Positions 17,637-29,300 of a stretch of DNA of 64,000 bases are shown piece by piece (the first letter of the stretch is position 1; every line of letters begins with the position of its first letter). The notes beneath the pieces are model-generated. The model did no database searches. It saw nothing but the letters and a program-made list of their open reading frames with translations, and was not told the origin of the DNA. The stretch spans positions 11,541 through 75,540 of IMG/VR virus record IMGVR_UViG_3300031962_000002; one strand, given 5' to 3'. The translations under genes were made by a program, and so were the position numbers. Source of the stretch: a virus.

Positions 17637-20069
17637 CTATTTACCGCTAGGTTTTGGTTTTGCGTTCGCTGCCGCCAACTGAAACCTACCTACGGTTTCG
17701 GCTTTCATCAATTCGGTAAACCGTCTCTCTTCCTCTGCCGAAAGTTCTTTGCCTCTTTCCAACTGGATTTTAACATGCAACAAGAAAGCCTCATTGCTGG
17801 CTTTTTTATCTTCCAGCGCCATTTTTCCTTCTATTTCTTGGTTCATTAACCCAGATTTAGCCTGCATCTCCATTTGCAGCCCTTGTTGGGCGGCTTGTGC
17901 CGTGGCCTGTGCCGAAGCGATGTTCTTTTGCTGTTCGCCTTGATATTGGGCCTGCATTTCTTGCTGTTTGAGGTCTTGTTTCTGCTTCCGATACATTTTA
18001 AGCAGTCGGATGGACCTCCAGATATTTGGTTCCATTTGGATTTCAAAGGCTTCCTCTTCATAGAGAGTACCATTGGTGATGCCAACTTGGCAGTATTGAT
18101 TGATCCACTGCCGCATTTCTTGAGTAGGTTGCTTCATCAAATAACACCCCAGTTCGTGATAGGTCAAATCCGAAAGAAGTGCTGGAATGGCCATGGCCTG
18201 AATCCCGAGCGCTTCCGTGTATTGTGGTGCCAGCCCTGTAGCTGCCATCCCAGTAATATGCATCACAGTCCGCTGGTGAGTCCCCAGATTGATCGAATCG
18301 AATGCGAAGTACAATTGCCTCAAGGCATCGTCAGTCGCTCCTGAAGCCATTGTAGCCACCGCTTTGCCCATTTCTGAATTGGGAGTACTTGCGTCTGTCA
18401 ACTCATTTAAGCCGATCTGATCGCGTAGAAGGTTGATATTTTGGATAAGGAAGCTAAAATGCTTCTCCATGGCATTTGATATGCCTCCGGCTAAAGGCTG
18501 GATTGGTAGATTATTCCGGATGTTTCCCTGGGCATCGCGCGTCCGGATCAATTGGATACCTGTCTCAAAATAGATTTGAAGGGCTTCCTTCGGGGTGATG
18601 GCTTTCCCTCCGGCTCCCTGAAGGCTGATATCCTGAAGGGCTGTGAAGTCGATCGCAAACCCAGCGGGCACCGATTTGGCGGCATGGTGCTGGAATTGTA
18701 GCCACTGGATTTGGATGTTATCAAGGGTAGGAATAATGCTGTCGATAATGCAGCGCTTCATCTTATAGATAGTGTACGGCCCTACTGTTTTGCCAAGATC
18801 CGACTCGTTTTTGAGGATATCCTTGCTTTTCCCGTATGAGCAAACAAACTCCGTCCCTCTCACCCAGAGACATTGATACTGATTATCTAGCGTGTACCGT
18901 ACTACTTTGCTGTTATTGACCTTATTGAATTTTTCTTCTGTTAGGCCAGGATTTTTCTTTTGAAGGTCATTCCACCAGGAATATTCCTTTTGACTCACAC
19001 TGACATTTCCAAACTGATTTTGACCGACTTGATAAGTTTCCCAGTCAGGAGAAAACCACACAAAGTCGCCAATCGTTATTTTGGTATTGTCCCATGGATA
19101 GCACAAGTTTTCGCTGAAATAAGTCTCGGTGTTAACTGAATCAAAATTTGTTCTCATGGCCTGTTCTGCCATCTTTTTGTATTCATCTTCGGTGAACTGA
19201 TCGCCCGCTATCTCTTTGAATTGACCGATGGTCAAATCCCAGTATTCACCGATGTACTTTACATCGTCACACAGGCTTTTGCTGGTAGAACTCATCACCA
19301 TCCTCTCCGGCACACACCGTCTGCGAACAATTTTGTTCCTCACACGGTAAACCTTTGTGACTCCTACACCTATCTCAATCAAATCACGGGCGGCTTCTGC
19401 AAGTATGTCGGTGTAGTTGTCATTCTCGTTCATTATTTTCAACAAGTCCTGAATGACCATGCAATAGTCCTCTTTGTAGAACATATCCATGAACACGTTG
19501 ATCTCGGCCATGTTCTGTGGCGTGCCCATCACCTCTTCCTGCGCTGGTTGCTCGAACTGAATTCCTGTTTTCTGTGTAACGCCTTGCAAAAAACTGGAAT
19601 TCATAACGTACTCCTGCAACTCCATTTTCTTTTTTCTTCTGGCGTCCTGCGCCCGGACATCCACGGCCCGGATACCAATGTCATTGTTTTGCTTCATCAA
19701 TTTGCCAAGCAAAACATTCACATATTTTGACGCGATGTCCAATATCTCCCAGTTGAGAGCTCGGTAACTATGTGCCGTTGGATCACGGCGCGCTCGTTTA
19801 TCATTTATCCCTAAAATGGGTTTGTACTTGTCAATGGGCTGGTTCCCTCTCGCATACGCCCTTCGTTCGGTGTACTTATTTGCATTGATGCCATTTCGAG
19901 TGGTGTTAAATCCAGGAAACAGACCGTTATCGGTTCCATTTATTCCTACTCCGTTGATGGCTTTTGCCCATTTAATAGCATATTCCTTTGATGCCTTCTG
20001 CTCTGGACTTAAAAAGTCAGAGGGGAATCTGGGATTGCGGACGTCCATTTCCATTTCTGCCATAATCAA
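17637..20069 (-). CDS. Portal protein (crAss-like)
   Basis: 810 aa, directly downstream of TerL. Motifs YARGNQPIDKYK and LRDQIGLNELTDAS; Q-rich coiled C-terminus. Confidence 0.85.
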   Translation of the reverse strand: MIMAEMEMDVRNPRFPSDFLSPEQKASKEYAIKWAKAINGVGINGTDNGLFPGFNTTRNGINANKYTERRAYARGNQPIDKYKPILGINDKRARRDPTAHSYRALNWEILDIASKYVNVLLGKLMKQNNDIGIRAVDVRAQDARRKKKMELQEYVMNSSFLQGVTQKTGIQFEQPAQEEVMGTPQNMAEINVFMDMFYKEDYCMVIQDLLKIMNENDNYTDILAEAARDLIEIGVGVTKVYRVRNKIVRRRCVPERMVMSSTSKSLCDDVKYIGEYWDLTIGQFKEIAGDQFTEDEYKKMAEQAMRTNFDSVNTETYFSENLCYPWDNTKITIGDFVWFSPDWETYQVGQNQFGNVSVSQKEYSWWNDLQKKNPGLTEEKFNKVNNSKVVRYTLDNQYQCLWVRGTEFVCSYGKSKDILKNESDLGKTVGPYTIYKMKRCIIDSIIPTLDNIQIQWLQFQHHAAKSVPAGFAIDFTALQDISLQGAGGKAITPKEALQIYFETGIQLIRTRDAQGNIRNNLPIQPLAGGISNAMEKHFSFLIQNINLLRDQIGLNELTDASTPNSEMGKAVATMASGATDDALRQLYFAFDSINLGTHQRTVMHITGMAATGLAPQYTEALGIQAMAIPALLSDLTYHELGCYLMKQPTQEMRQWINQYCQVGITNGTLYEEEAFEIQMEPNIWRSIRLLKMYRKQKQDLKQQEMQAQYQGEQQKNIASAQATAQAAQQGLQMEMQAKSGLMNQEIEGKMALEDKKASNEAFLLHVKIQLERGKELSAEEERRFTELMKAETVGRFQLAAANAKPKPSGK

Positions 20070-20075
20070 AGATAT

Positions 20076-23000
20076 TTAATTATCAGTCGTATCTAAAACA
20101 AATTGGGAATTAACGCCTGAGTTATCATAAGTCTCGAACCAATCTTCAATCTTATGTTTTGGCGCATCATCCTCTCTTTCAACTTTCTTTTCAGCGTGCG
20201 CCAATGTGAATCCAGAACTTACGGTAGCATCTGATTTTGTTGGGTTTGTTGGGTCAAAACCAAGCCAGTCTTCAATCGTATTATCGAAAGGCATTGACCC
20301 AATTCTTGTGTTGATAAAGGCAATTATGCGCCTGGTATAGTAGTCAATAACTTCTGGCGTTGTGGACCATCCTGCATCGTCAGAACTGGTTTGTATCTCC
20401 ATGTCTGACCCAACAAAGTCTCTCGGATAAGCCAGAAATTTTTCCAGTCCATTGGTTTCAAAGTAATCGTTCAGGGAAGGAACGTTTCTTTCAGGCATCA
20501 ATTTACATCCAAGAAAAATGCAAGCCATTGCTGTATCCTCAAATGACGTTTCTGGGTCTTCTGGACGGTTGATGTATTCAAATATGAAGTTAGATGACTC
20601 CCAGTCTTTCTTTTCTTTTCCGTAGTCAACGGACATATCGAATAATCTATATCCATGAATGGCTGCTTTTGATGCCCGTGGGTCTTTCGTCTTTGAATAC
20701 TTTATCGGGTCACTCCCTATCCTGAAAAGGTGATCGTTTTTCGGAAATAGCATCTGTCTGGAAAATCCTTTGTTGTCGTATCCCCATGCTTTTCCAACAT
20801 TGTTCAGAATTTTTACATTCTCTGGGTCTTTGATCTTGCTAAATTCATCGGGGAACCAAGCCCAATTAAATCGGCCTGCGTGATCATCCCGTTGCCACCA
20901 TACTGGCCCAAATTTCTCTTTCACCCAATATAAATTCCCTTTTACATACGGCAATCGGGGCATGTTTCTTATTTGCTCTAACCGGTTGGTCAGCAACATG
21001 ACATTGAAAATAGACTTGCTCTGATCTTTGATGAAAGCTTCTGCCTCATTACGAGGGCTTTTGCGCATACGGCCTGACAGCTTTTTAAGGTCATGTTTCA
21101 CCGCGTCAAAGTCATTCTGAATTTTGATGTTAGCGATATTACGGTTCACATTCCCGTACTTGTCACAAGGAATGCCGTGGTTGACCCCTTTTAAGTCAAT
21201 ATATGGTACTAGCGAAGTGTCAGTATCTAATGCGGAAATAAGGTGAAAGTGAATCTTGGATGTGGTGAATCCGTTGCCATCCAAAATTTTCATGTTGCTG
21301 TCCTTTCTTAATTTCAAACACTCATCACCGCCTTCATTCATCTCTTCAACCGTAGATGTTTTTCGTAACAATCCTATCTTGCGATTATTCCGGAACACAC
21401 ATTTCAAATTCACCTCATGGCGAACGTAAACATCGGCAACTGTTTTTGGATTGGTGTTGTGAGTGACTTGACAATCTCCTAATAAATGTTGCTTATCTCC
21501 ATCTAAAACGAACCCAACATATTGCGAGAACCCATTTTTTTGAACAGAGAACCCACAGCGTAATGGATTTCTCCTATTCACATGATGTTTGTTTATTTTT
21601 GGAAATTGTTTTCTCTTAACTTTTGTTGGAATGTCTGATAAATCTCCAAACAAGAATAACCTATACACTTTGCAGGAATATATTGTACCATCTTTTCTTT
21701 TCATGGTCGCATTTTTCTCAGCAATGGAGCAATAAAATCCAAGTTCAGTTGATAATCTATGAATGCCCTTGGCTAAAACTTCAAGTTTTTGCGTTATCTC
21801 ACAATTCTGTCTATTTCCTGAAATTGTTGCATGACCATCTGAGTCGATTAGGCCGGCTAATAATTTTAAGCGACTTTCTCTATCATTTATTAAATAGTCC
21901 TTCGGGATGTGTTTGTTCTTTTTTAGATTATACAATTTCAGAATTCCGTGGAATGTCTTAATCCTAACACTTTGTGTTCTATTGACAGGTTCAACAAGTC
22001 TGGAAATTCCTTTATAGGTTGACAACAACCAATTAAGCACTTCCGGATCGGTATTGGTTATGTGCATTGCGCATTTATTCCCATCTCCGAGCCAAAGACC
22101 TAATAAATAAGGATCTATCCATGTTTTTTTGAATTCATATTCAACTGGAACTTTAAATAATAAAAGATGTTTCTTAATTGTTTTATTCAATTTCAAGTAA
22201 GAATCAATTGTTATTGTGACGGTATCGTCTTTCTTAAATTTTTTGCCATTTAAATTTAGTGTTCTATGATTGCCCCATTTCAAAACTAATTTATGACCTG
22301 AACTACATGACCATTCATCCCATCCTTTTTTAGGTATTATTTTAAACGACTGGTCAAATCCTAATTTAATTTGTTGAATGTTTCTTATGGTTGAATCTGG
22401 CCCCATTAACTTATCAGAGATAGCAATCTCATCGGCCCTTTTTATGTGACCATTGTGTAATAAAACTTTTGTTTCAGGTGCTAAACATTTCCCTATCTCA
22501 TCCTCAAATAGGTCTGAAAGTGTGTCTGAGTCAAGTACCTTTTCACCTGGGCCCGCAGCAAAAATTGTACTTAGCAATTCATAGTCTGCACCATATTCTA
22601 CATTGATACTTTCTTTTCCACCTACTGATCTACGTCTGAATACGAGTTCGCTTTGAGTATTTGTACCGTGAGTGAATTCTGGCTTAAAGAATTTTGGAAG
22701 AGCATTGAATAATGGTACCATCTTGGCCTGAATCAATACTCCTTTTGCATCGTCTTCAAGGTGCTTGCTTTGAAGTGCTGCTCGATGATTGTGGTACATC
22801 GTTGCGCGATTTGTGATACAGGCCAACTCTTCGTTGGTTTTTCCTGTCGCCCTGGGGCCGATGATCATATACCCCATGCTGTGAGGATTTTCTTCACACC
22901 ATTGCCGTATCCTGAAATTGTCAAGAGAGAAATGATAATAGAATGGGTAACCATTATTTTCCTTGTGATCAAACTTGCACCATTGCAGATAGAAATAATG

Positions 23001-23339
23001 ATGGTTAGTCAAATAAATACATTCGCCATTGATCATTACGTGAACCCCATACATTCTACGATACCATTCACGCCTACGATAGCGTTCACACATCGCATCC
23101 ACATAGACGGTTTTCTTTTTCCCCCTCAAAACAAGATCCCGATCTTGTCCTTGCTTAAACTCTTCTTCCAGTGATCTTTCGATATACCATTTCGGAACAG
23201 ATTCACGTTTCCAGTATTGTTCTTCGATCGGTAATCCGTAATTGATAATTTGTGAAGTGTCCGTAGGTACGGGTGGAATCCAGCATTGAAAGCCCTCGCC
23301 GACTGTAATTTTTGTTCCGTTTTTTATAGGATAGAACAT
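20076..23339 (-). CDS. terL: Terminase large subunit, intein-containing
   Basis: YLTNHHYFYLQW, Walker A PRATGKT, Walker B LFEDEIGK and nuclease IGSDP. Confidence 0.92.
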   Translation of the reverse strand: MFYPIKNGTKITVGEGFQCWIPPVPTDTSQIINYGLPIEEQYWKRESVPKWYIERSLEEEFKQGQDRDLVLRGKKKTVYVDAMCERYRRREWYRRMYGVHVMINGECIYLTNHHYFYLQWCKFDHKENNGYPFYYHFSLDNFRIRQWCEENPHSMGYMIIGPRATGKTNEELACITNRATMYHNHRAALQSKHLEDDAKGVLIQAKMVPLFNALPKFFKPEFTHGTNTQSELVFRRRSVGGKESINVEYGADYELLSTIFAAGPGEKVLDSDTLSDLFEDEIGKCLAPETKVLLHNGHIKRADEIAISDKLMGPDSTIRNIQQIKLGFDQSFKIIPKKGWDEWSCSSGHKLVLKWGNHRTLNLNGKKFKKDDTVTITIDSYLKLNKTIKKHLLLFKVPVEYEFKKTWIDPYLLGLWLGDGNKCAMHITNTDPEVLNWLLSTYKGISRLVEPVNRTQSVRIKTFHGILKLYNLKKNKHIPKDYLINDRESRLKLLAGLIDSDGHATISGNRQNCEITQKLEVLAKGIHRLSTELGFYCSIAEKNATMKRKDGTIYSCKVYRLFLFGDLSDIPTKVKRKQFPKINKHHVNRRNPLRCGFSVQKNGFSQYVGFVLDGDKQHLLGDCQVTHNTNPKTVADVYVRHEVNLKCVFRNNRKIGLLRKTSTVEEMNEGGDECLKLRKDSNMKILDGNGFTTSKIHFHLISALDTDTSLVPYIDLKGVNHGIPCDKYGNVNRNIANIKIQNDFDAVKHDLKKLSGRMRKSPRNEAEAFIKDQSKSIFNVMLLTNRLEQIRNMPRLPYVKGNLYWVKEKFGPVWWQRDDHAGRFNWAWFPDEFSKIKDPENVKILNNVGKAWGYDNKGFSRQMLFPKNDHLFRIGSDPIKYSKTKDPRASKAAIHGYRLFDMSVDYGKEKKDWESSNFIFEYINRPEDPETSFEDTAMACIFLGCKLMPERNVPSLNDYFETNGLEKFLAYPRDFVGSDMEIQTSSDDAGWSTTPEVIDYYTRRIIAFINTRIGSMPFDNTIEDWLGFDPTNPTKSDATVSSGFTLAHAEKKVEREDDAPKHKIEDWFETYDNSGVNSQFVLDTTDN
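21456..22487 (-). mobile_element. Intein (344 aa) with LAGLIDADG homing endonuclease in TerL
   Basis: Starts CLAPETKV after DEIGK and ends VTHN before a +1 Thr. Internal LGLWLGDG and LAGLIDSDG motifs. Confidence 0.92.
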
Positions 23340-26300
23340 TATTCTACTGGGGTTAGTACTGGATGTGCTTTGTACTCTTTCGCATTCTTAATAATCCTTT
23401 CATAATAATTCATTGCCTCTTTCAAAGTGAATTTATCCTCCGAAGTGATCTGACGCCCGAAGTGTGTCTGAGGATGATAGTTCTCATCGTTAAGAATGTG
23501 GTATAGGTCAATCCACTCGGACACTGGCTCTCCTTTGATCGGCACTTTCTTCACGCCGGCGAAAGGATTTGAACTTCTCAACTTCTGTTTGATGTTGGCT
23601 GGATTGCCTCCTTTTTGAAGGAATTCTCCGAGCCATTTATCAGCATCATCATATTTTCCATAACGAAGTGCCAGCATGAATTTGTATTCAGCATCCTTCT
23701 GGTCGGCTCTGGTCGGATTTCCTGTCTCGCCCTTGCTCCCGCCAACATCACCGCCTTCGTAATTGTTAATAATTTTCTTGGCCGCATAATAACTCAATTG
23801 TTCGGTGTCAAATTCTCGGAGCAAAGAGTTATGAAATTTACGGCTCAAATAAGATTCACGTTTTGGTTTGTCACTCAAGGCATAGTTATACTCGTCACCA
23901 AGTGTCATCGACTTGAATAGATACTCCCATTTGTCGTTAATCGGAGTAGGATTAGTTATGTCAGGATAATAGGATTGACCAGAACCCAATTCAAATAGAG
24001 CCTTTGGTAACGGATTCACCAACTGCACTCCTTTGTTGAGCATGTTTGTTCCTATGCCTTTTGCTGTTTTGACAGTTTCTTTCACTGGCTGACCTCCTGT
24101 AAAAATCCTCTCCAGATCATCACCGATAGACCACAGCCCAAAGAAATCAATAAAGTCGTAGAAAGCTCCCTGAATCGGAACAGTAATAATGTGACCATCC
24201 CGAACGCCTACGATCAACTGAAGCCCCTTAATTTTAGTAGCCCGTAATCTTTTTTCATCATCCTCATCTCCACCATACAATCCAAAAGCAAACTTATTCC
24301 ATGCTTGGATTGCTGCTGTGAATAATCCCATCATCACATAGGCCCGTGCCATCTTGAAAGCAACCGAAGGAATACCGCGTGATACTGCCGATTTGATAAT
24401 ATCGCGTTGTGCCTGCGGCGAACTTGCATTTTTAAGCAAATTCAAATGAGTTTTCATGTTCACTTCAAACCAAGAATAGAAAGGCAATAATACTCGACGC
24501 ATTTGGTGCGCTCCTTGGCTAAGATTCATGTAGTCTCCAAACACATCACGGGCGAGTTTGGCATTCTTCTGCCGGACATCTGTAATTTTACGAATTTGAT
24601 CTGCTGGACTTGCCCAATAGAATGCTTCTCCTTTGGCTGTTTTTTCAACTGCCAGTTTATATGCGGCATATCGCAGAATGTTTTCACGGAATTGTACATA
24701 AGGAGAAACAGCCTTCATGTATTTGTCCCATAAATTGCCTGGAGCATCCTTGATTTTAATAGCCAGTTTTTTCATGCCTTCTTTTCCGAGAATGTTTTCA
24801 ATGCTTGGTGAATCACTTTGTAATGCTTCAGCCCACTTCTCTTTGCTGATATCTGCAAGTTCTGAAATCTGGAACCCAGAATTGATCACATCCCCTCTCA
24901 TTGCCTCCAAAAGTTGTGGTGTTGTTTCTCCGTACTTCAAGTATCTCCAAAGTTCGCCAGTGGCTTCTTTGGCATACTTGGCTATTTTTGGTTCAACTTG
25001 GATAAGCCGATCAAGATCACTACCGAAGTTATTCAAATTGTATCGAAGCATTCGAGTAGGAGAAAGAATCATCAATTGCTTCCATGCTGATGTAATCTTT
25101 GTAGCCAGTCCTGTCGGCGCACTGACTGTCTCATTTTTTGCCAATTCTTCAAGTTGTTCGGCAAGTTGAGTCGGTATCATGTACTGCTTACGTTTTGGGC
25201 CTACCATTAATCCACTTTTAAGGCCGCTGATCAATTCGTCAACAATTGCCAAGGCATCACTCAAGCCAGCATTGTCATTGTCTTCAGCTTGGTCTATGGC
25301 CCGATCAATGGTCTTTTGACTCACTGTTTTTCCCCAGAATAACCTATTATCTTCACTCACGCGGTAGAAAGTGAATCCTTCTGGCAGATTATCAAATAGA
25401 TAATTACGTTTCAATGCACGTTTGCCGTCTATATACTGTTTGACCTCTTTGCTGTCTTCTCCGAATTGCTTTTCAATTGATGCCAATTGAGCATCGAAAT
25501 GTTTCTTAAATTCAGCGGAAATAGCGTTTAATTGCTTCTCAAAAGGTGCCACAAGGTCTTTAAGGATACGCTGTTTCTCCATCTCGTACATACCTTCAGA
25601 AACCACCTTGAATTCAGTCTCAATGAAATTGGTGCTGTAATCCAATCCTCGCGTTCCTTTCCTGCGCTTCTGGAAGTCACGCTTTTTATCAGCTATATCT
25701 TTTCCGAAGAGAATGCTCTTGTGCTCGTTTTCTGCATGGTATTCCAACACCCGACGATGGTAGTAACTTTCAATGTCATTTTCATCCAATAGACCAGATT
25801 CGATCAGTTGCCTCTTGAATTCTGCCATGAATTCTTCACGCATGTCGAATGCACGTTGAATGCGTGGATCGCCCTTCATAAAAATGTCGTACTTCGTCAG
25901 TGCCCTATCAACTTGATCGGCATCATTAAATCCGAATGGCAGTTTTCCGTCAGGGCCAACCATGTTCAATCCCTTTTTGATGGATTCCTGCATGTCGGCC
26001 AATATAATACGCATGGAAAAAATCTTGTACTGTTGCGGAGTCATTCCTTCAACCATTGTTTTTACGTATTGGTTGGCATTGCCTTTCGCCCATGGATAGA
26101 GTGTTTCAAATTCCCGTAGGATATTTGCCTCACGGGGCCATGTCTTGGCATCAAGAAATTTGAAGTGTTGAGTTGCCCAATTTTTAACGCCTGTGATGGC
26201 TTCTCCCCACGTTTTTTCCATGTTCTCGGGAGCGGGCGCTGCGGCCTTATCTATGCGTTCATCTACTTCCTGATCACCAATTTTGACTTCTTCATTCAAT

Positions 26301-29300
26301 TGGCGCTCCAATTCTTCTCTGGTCTTGCCGGATTGCGCGATAATGGCCAATAACGCATTATTGCTGGGTGCTTTTTTAACCTTCCCAATTGGCTTAATTG
26401 GTAGGCCGGTAGTCATCGCCCCAGAAAATCCCTCGAAGTTCTCTTCGGCGTTTTTTTTTGAATTTTCGGCAATGATGTCCTCTAATGAATTTTTAGGTTC
26501 CTCTGGCAATTTTTCTTCTGATTGCTTTTCAGATTCAGCCTTCAATTCTGCTGATAGTTTATTGCGCTTCTCTTCTGTCTCGGCCAATTCTTTGATATCC
26601 TCTTCTTTGGCTGCCACTTCTTTAACTCCTTCGGCACTTTTGAGATTTGATAAAGCGTCTTTGTACTCCTTTTCAGATTGTGAAATGTCAATCCGAATAT
26701 CGCGAATGGTGGCCTGAACAGCAATCCGCAAGGTAAGAGGATTGATTGCCTGTGTTCGCTTGATAATGGCGACTGGGGAAATGTTCTTGTTGGTCACAGT
26801 GTCGTCGCCAAGATCAACACGCGCATCTTTGTAGCCTTCGTTTTGTCTGGCATAAACATCTATTCCTCCAATTGTACCAATTTGTCTACGGTATGTGCTG
26901 TGCATGGCGTCATTCGCCCGCTCGGACAATGCTTGATAAAACTCTTGGCGTTGTTTTGGATTGGCGGTGTCGTATTCTTGTCCATTCACTTCCCCTTTGA
27001 ATTTGGCAACAACGGTAGTGACCTTTTTAACTTTGCCTTTCTCATCTTTCGATTCCTCTTCGACTTCCTCAAGTTTTATGTTTTTAACTATTCGATCGGC
27101 CAAATCATTAACAATTCTCCGTTCTTCGCGGGTATAGTCCACGAACTTTTTCGCCTCATCAATTCTGCGGGAGCGCATGATATTTGCCCGCTTCGTAGAT
27201 TCAACACGGTTTCTCAACTTTTCTGCTTTTGACTTCAACTTCTCCAAGTCAAGTATGCGGGTGTCTCCACTGATAGCGGCTGCAAATTCACTCATGGTCA
27301 TACTCTCTCCGTCCTCGAAGTCCATCTCACGCAATCCTTTGGCCCCAGCCCGGAAGGAATCAATCCCTGATTGTTTGCGAGATAATAGGTCAAACCGATA
27401 GGAGTCTATGGTTTCTTGGGTGCCATAATATTTAATCGCTACTTCCTTGTATGAGTTACCCCGGCGAATACCACGGCCATTCCTTTGTTCAAGGTCTGAC
27501 GGCCTCCAACCAACATCTACATGGTGCATGGCGGCAATTTTGCTTTGCACATTGACCCCTGTACCCATCTTTTGAGTGGACCCGAGCAATACACGTACTT
27601 GTCCTTTGTTGACTTTATCAAAAAGTTCTTCTTTCAGTTTTTTGGTAGGAGCATCGTGGATGAAAGCAATCTCTTTTTCGGGAATGCCTTTTGATACAAG
27701 AAGGTTTTTCAGTGCGTCATAAACATTGAAAGAGTTTACGTTATTTGCTTCCTCGATGATAAAATCAGCTTCTGATGGATCAACCTCCAAAATGTCGATC
27801 AATTTTTGCTTTATCGCTGACTGTTCAGTCTGTTTCCAGATTGTATCAGTGTTCGGGATTTCATTCAATACCTCTTCGCCATACATTTCAATCACCTGAT
27901 CGTGGACGCGATCACCTAACTTGGCATTTTTGTTCTTAGGGGTACCCATATCGGCAAAGACCAACTGTGTACCTTTCTTTTCGGCTTCTTCATCATAGAT
28001 TTTCTTAACCTCATCGGCTACTTTAAATAGTTTCCCGCCATCGGCTTTCTGGTGAGGAAATACCAATCTCGGGTCAATGCTGGCTTTGGTACCTAATGTG
28101 GTGAGGACAAGTCCTAACGCCTTTTCTGCATCTCCTTGTGGATTGATGCCTATTGATTTTAGCGGAGCGATGCTGGCCGACTTAGAGGCATCGTAGATGG
28201 CCTTGGTTATCATTCTCACTGTCTCTGACTGCGGAATTAGGATAATTTCTGGTTTGCCTCCTTTTATTTCTGGCTTTTCAAGTTTTAAGTTATGCTCTCC
28301 GCGCACATCTGAAATCTCTGAATACAGACTTGCCAATTCTGGCACGTTCACAAACTTAGTTAATCGAGTTTTGTTCTTGATCACGCCAGCCACATTCTTC
28401 TCCATCTGCGAGGTGATCAGCGCGAAGTTCTTTAAGAACTGATCCAGACTCACCATTTGCAGTTTCTTCAAAAGGCTTGGCCGTAGGTACTGGAAAATAT
28501 TGTAAACCTCAACCAATGAGTTTGAAATCGGGGTTCCGGATGCAAAGACAATACCCTTGTCTCCGCCGTGCATGTTTTGGAGATACCTGGTAACCATTTT
28601 CAAATTCGACGCTCTCTTTGAACCTTTCGCGGTGCCCATACCGGACACATTGCGCAACTTGGTCACAAAGTTTAGGTTCTTCATCTGCTGGGATTCATCC
28701 ACAAAGAGCATATCCACACCCATGGTGCCAAAGTCTGTCCGACTGGCTCCAACACCCTTATCTTGCAATTTTTCCAGTCTGGTTTTGAGGTTGGCAACGC
28801 GCTCTTCCAATGCCTTGGCTTGTTTCACCGCCCATTTGTCGCTCTTATCTGCGTTCATTTCCGACATGGCCGACCGCAATTCTTCAATCTCTCCTTCGAT
28901 ATACTGCGATTCAAATTCTGCCGGCAACGGGATTGTCCCAAGATTCTCATGGGTGATTATCACAAGATCCCAATCATTATTTGCAATCTGCGCGAACAAC
29001 CTTTGACGATTTGCAGCGGAGAAGTCTTTATCTGTTGGTGCCAGTATCTTCTTTTCAGGGTATTGGGCCTTGATTTGATCCATCATGCCGGGCACCACAG
29101 ATTTCATTGTAGTTATCAGTGGCTTGTTAACCAGCCCTATTTCTTTCATCTTGATGGCCCCCACGGACATAACCAGCGACTTCCCGGCTCCGACCTGGTG
29201 ATCAACCATCCCGCCCATTTTCTGCACGATCATCATTATTGCGTCCTTCTGGTGAGGATTCAGGTCATAACCTTGCATCCCTGGGAAGGTCAGGTGATCG

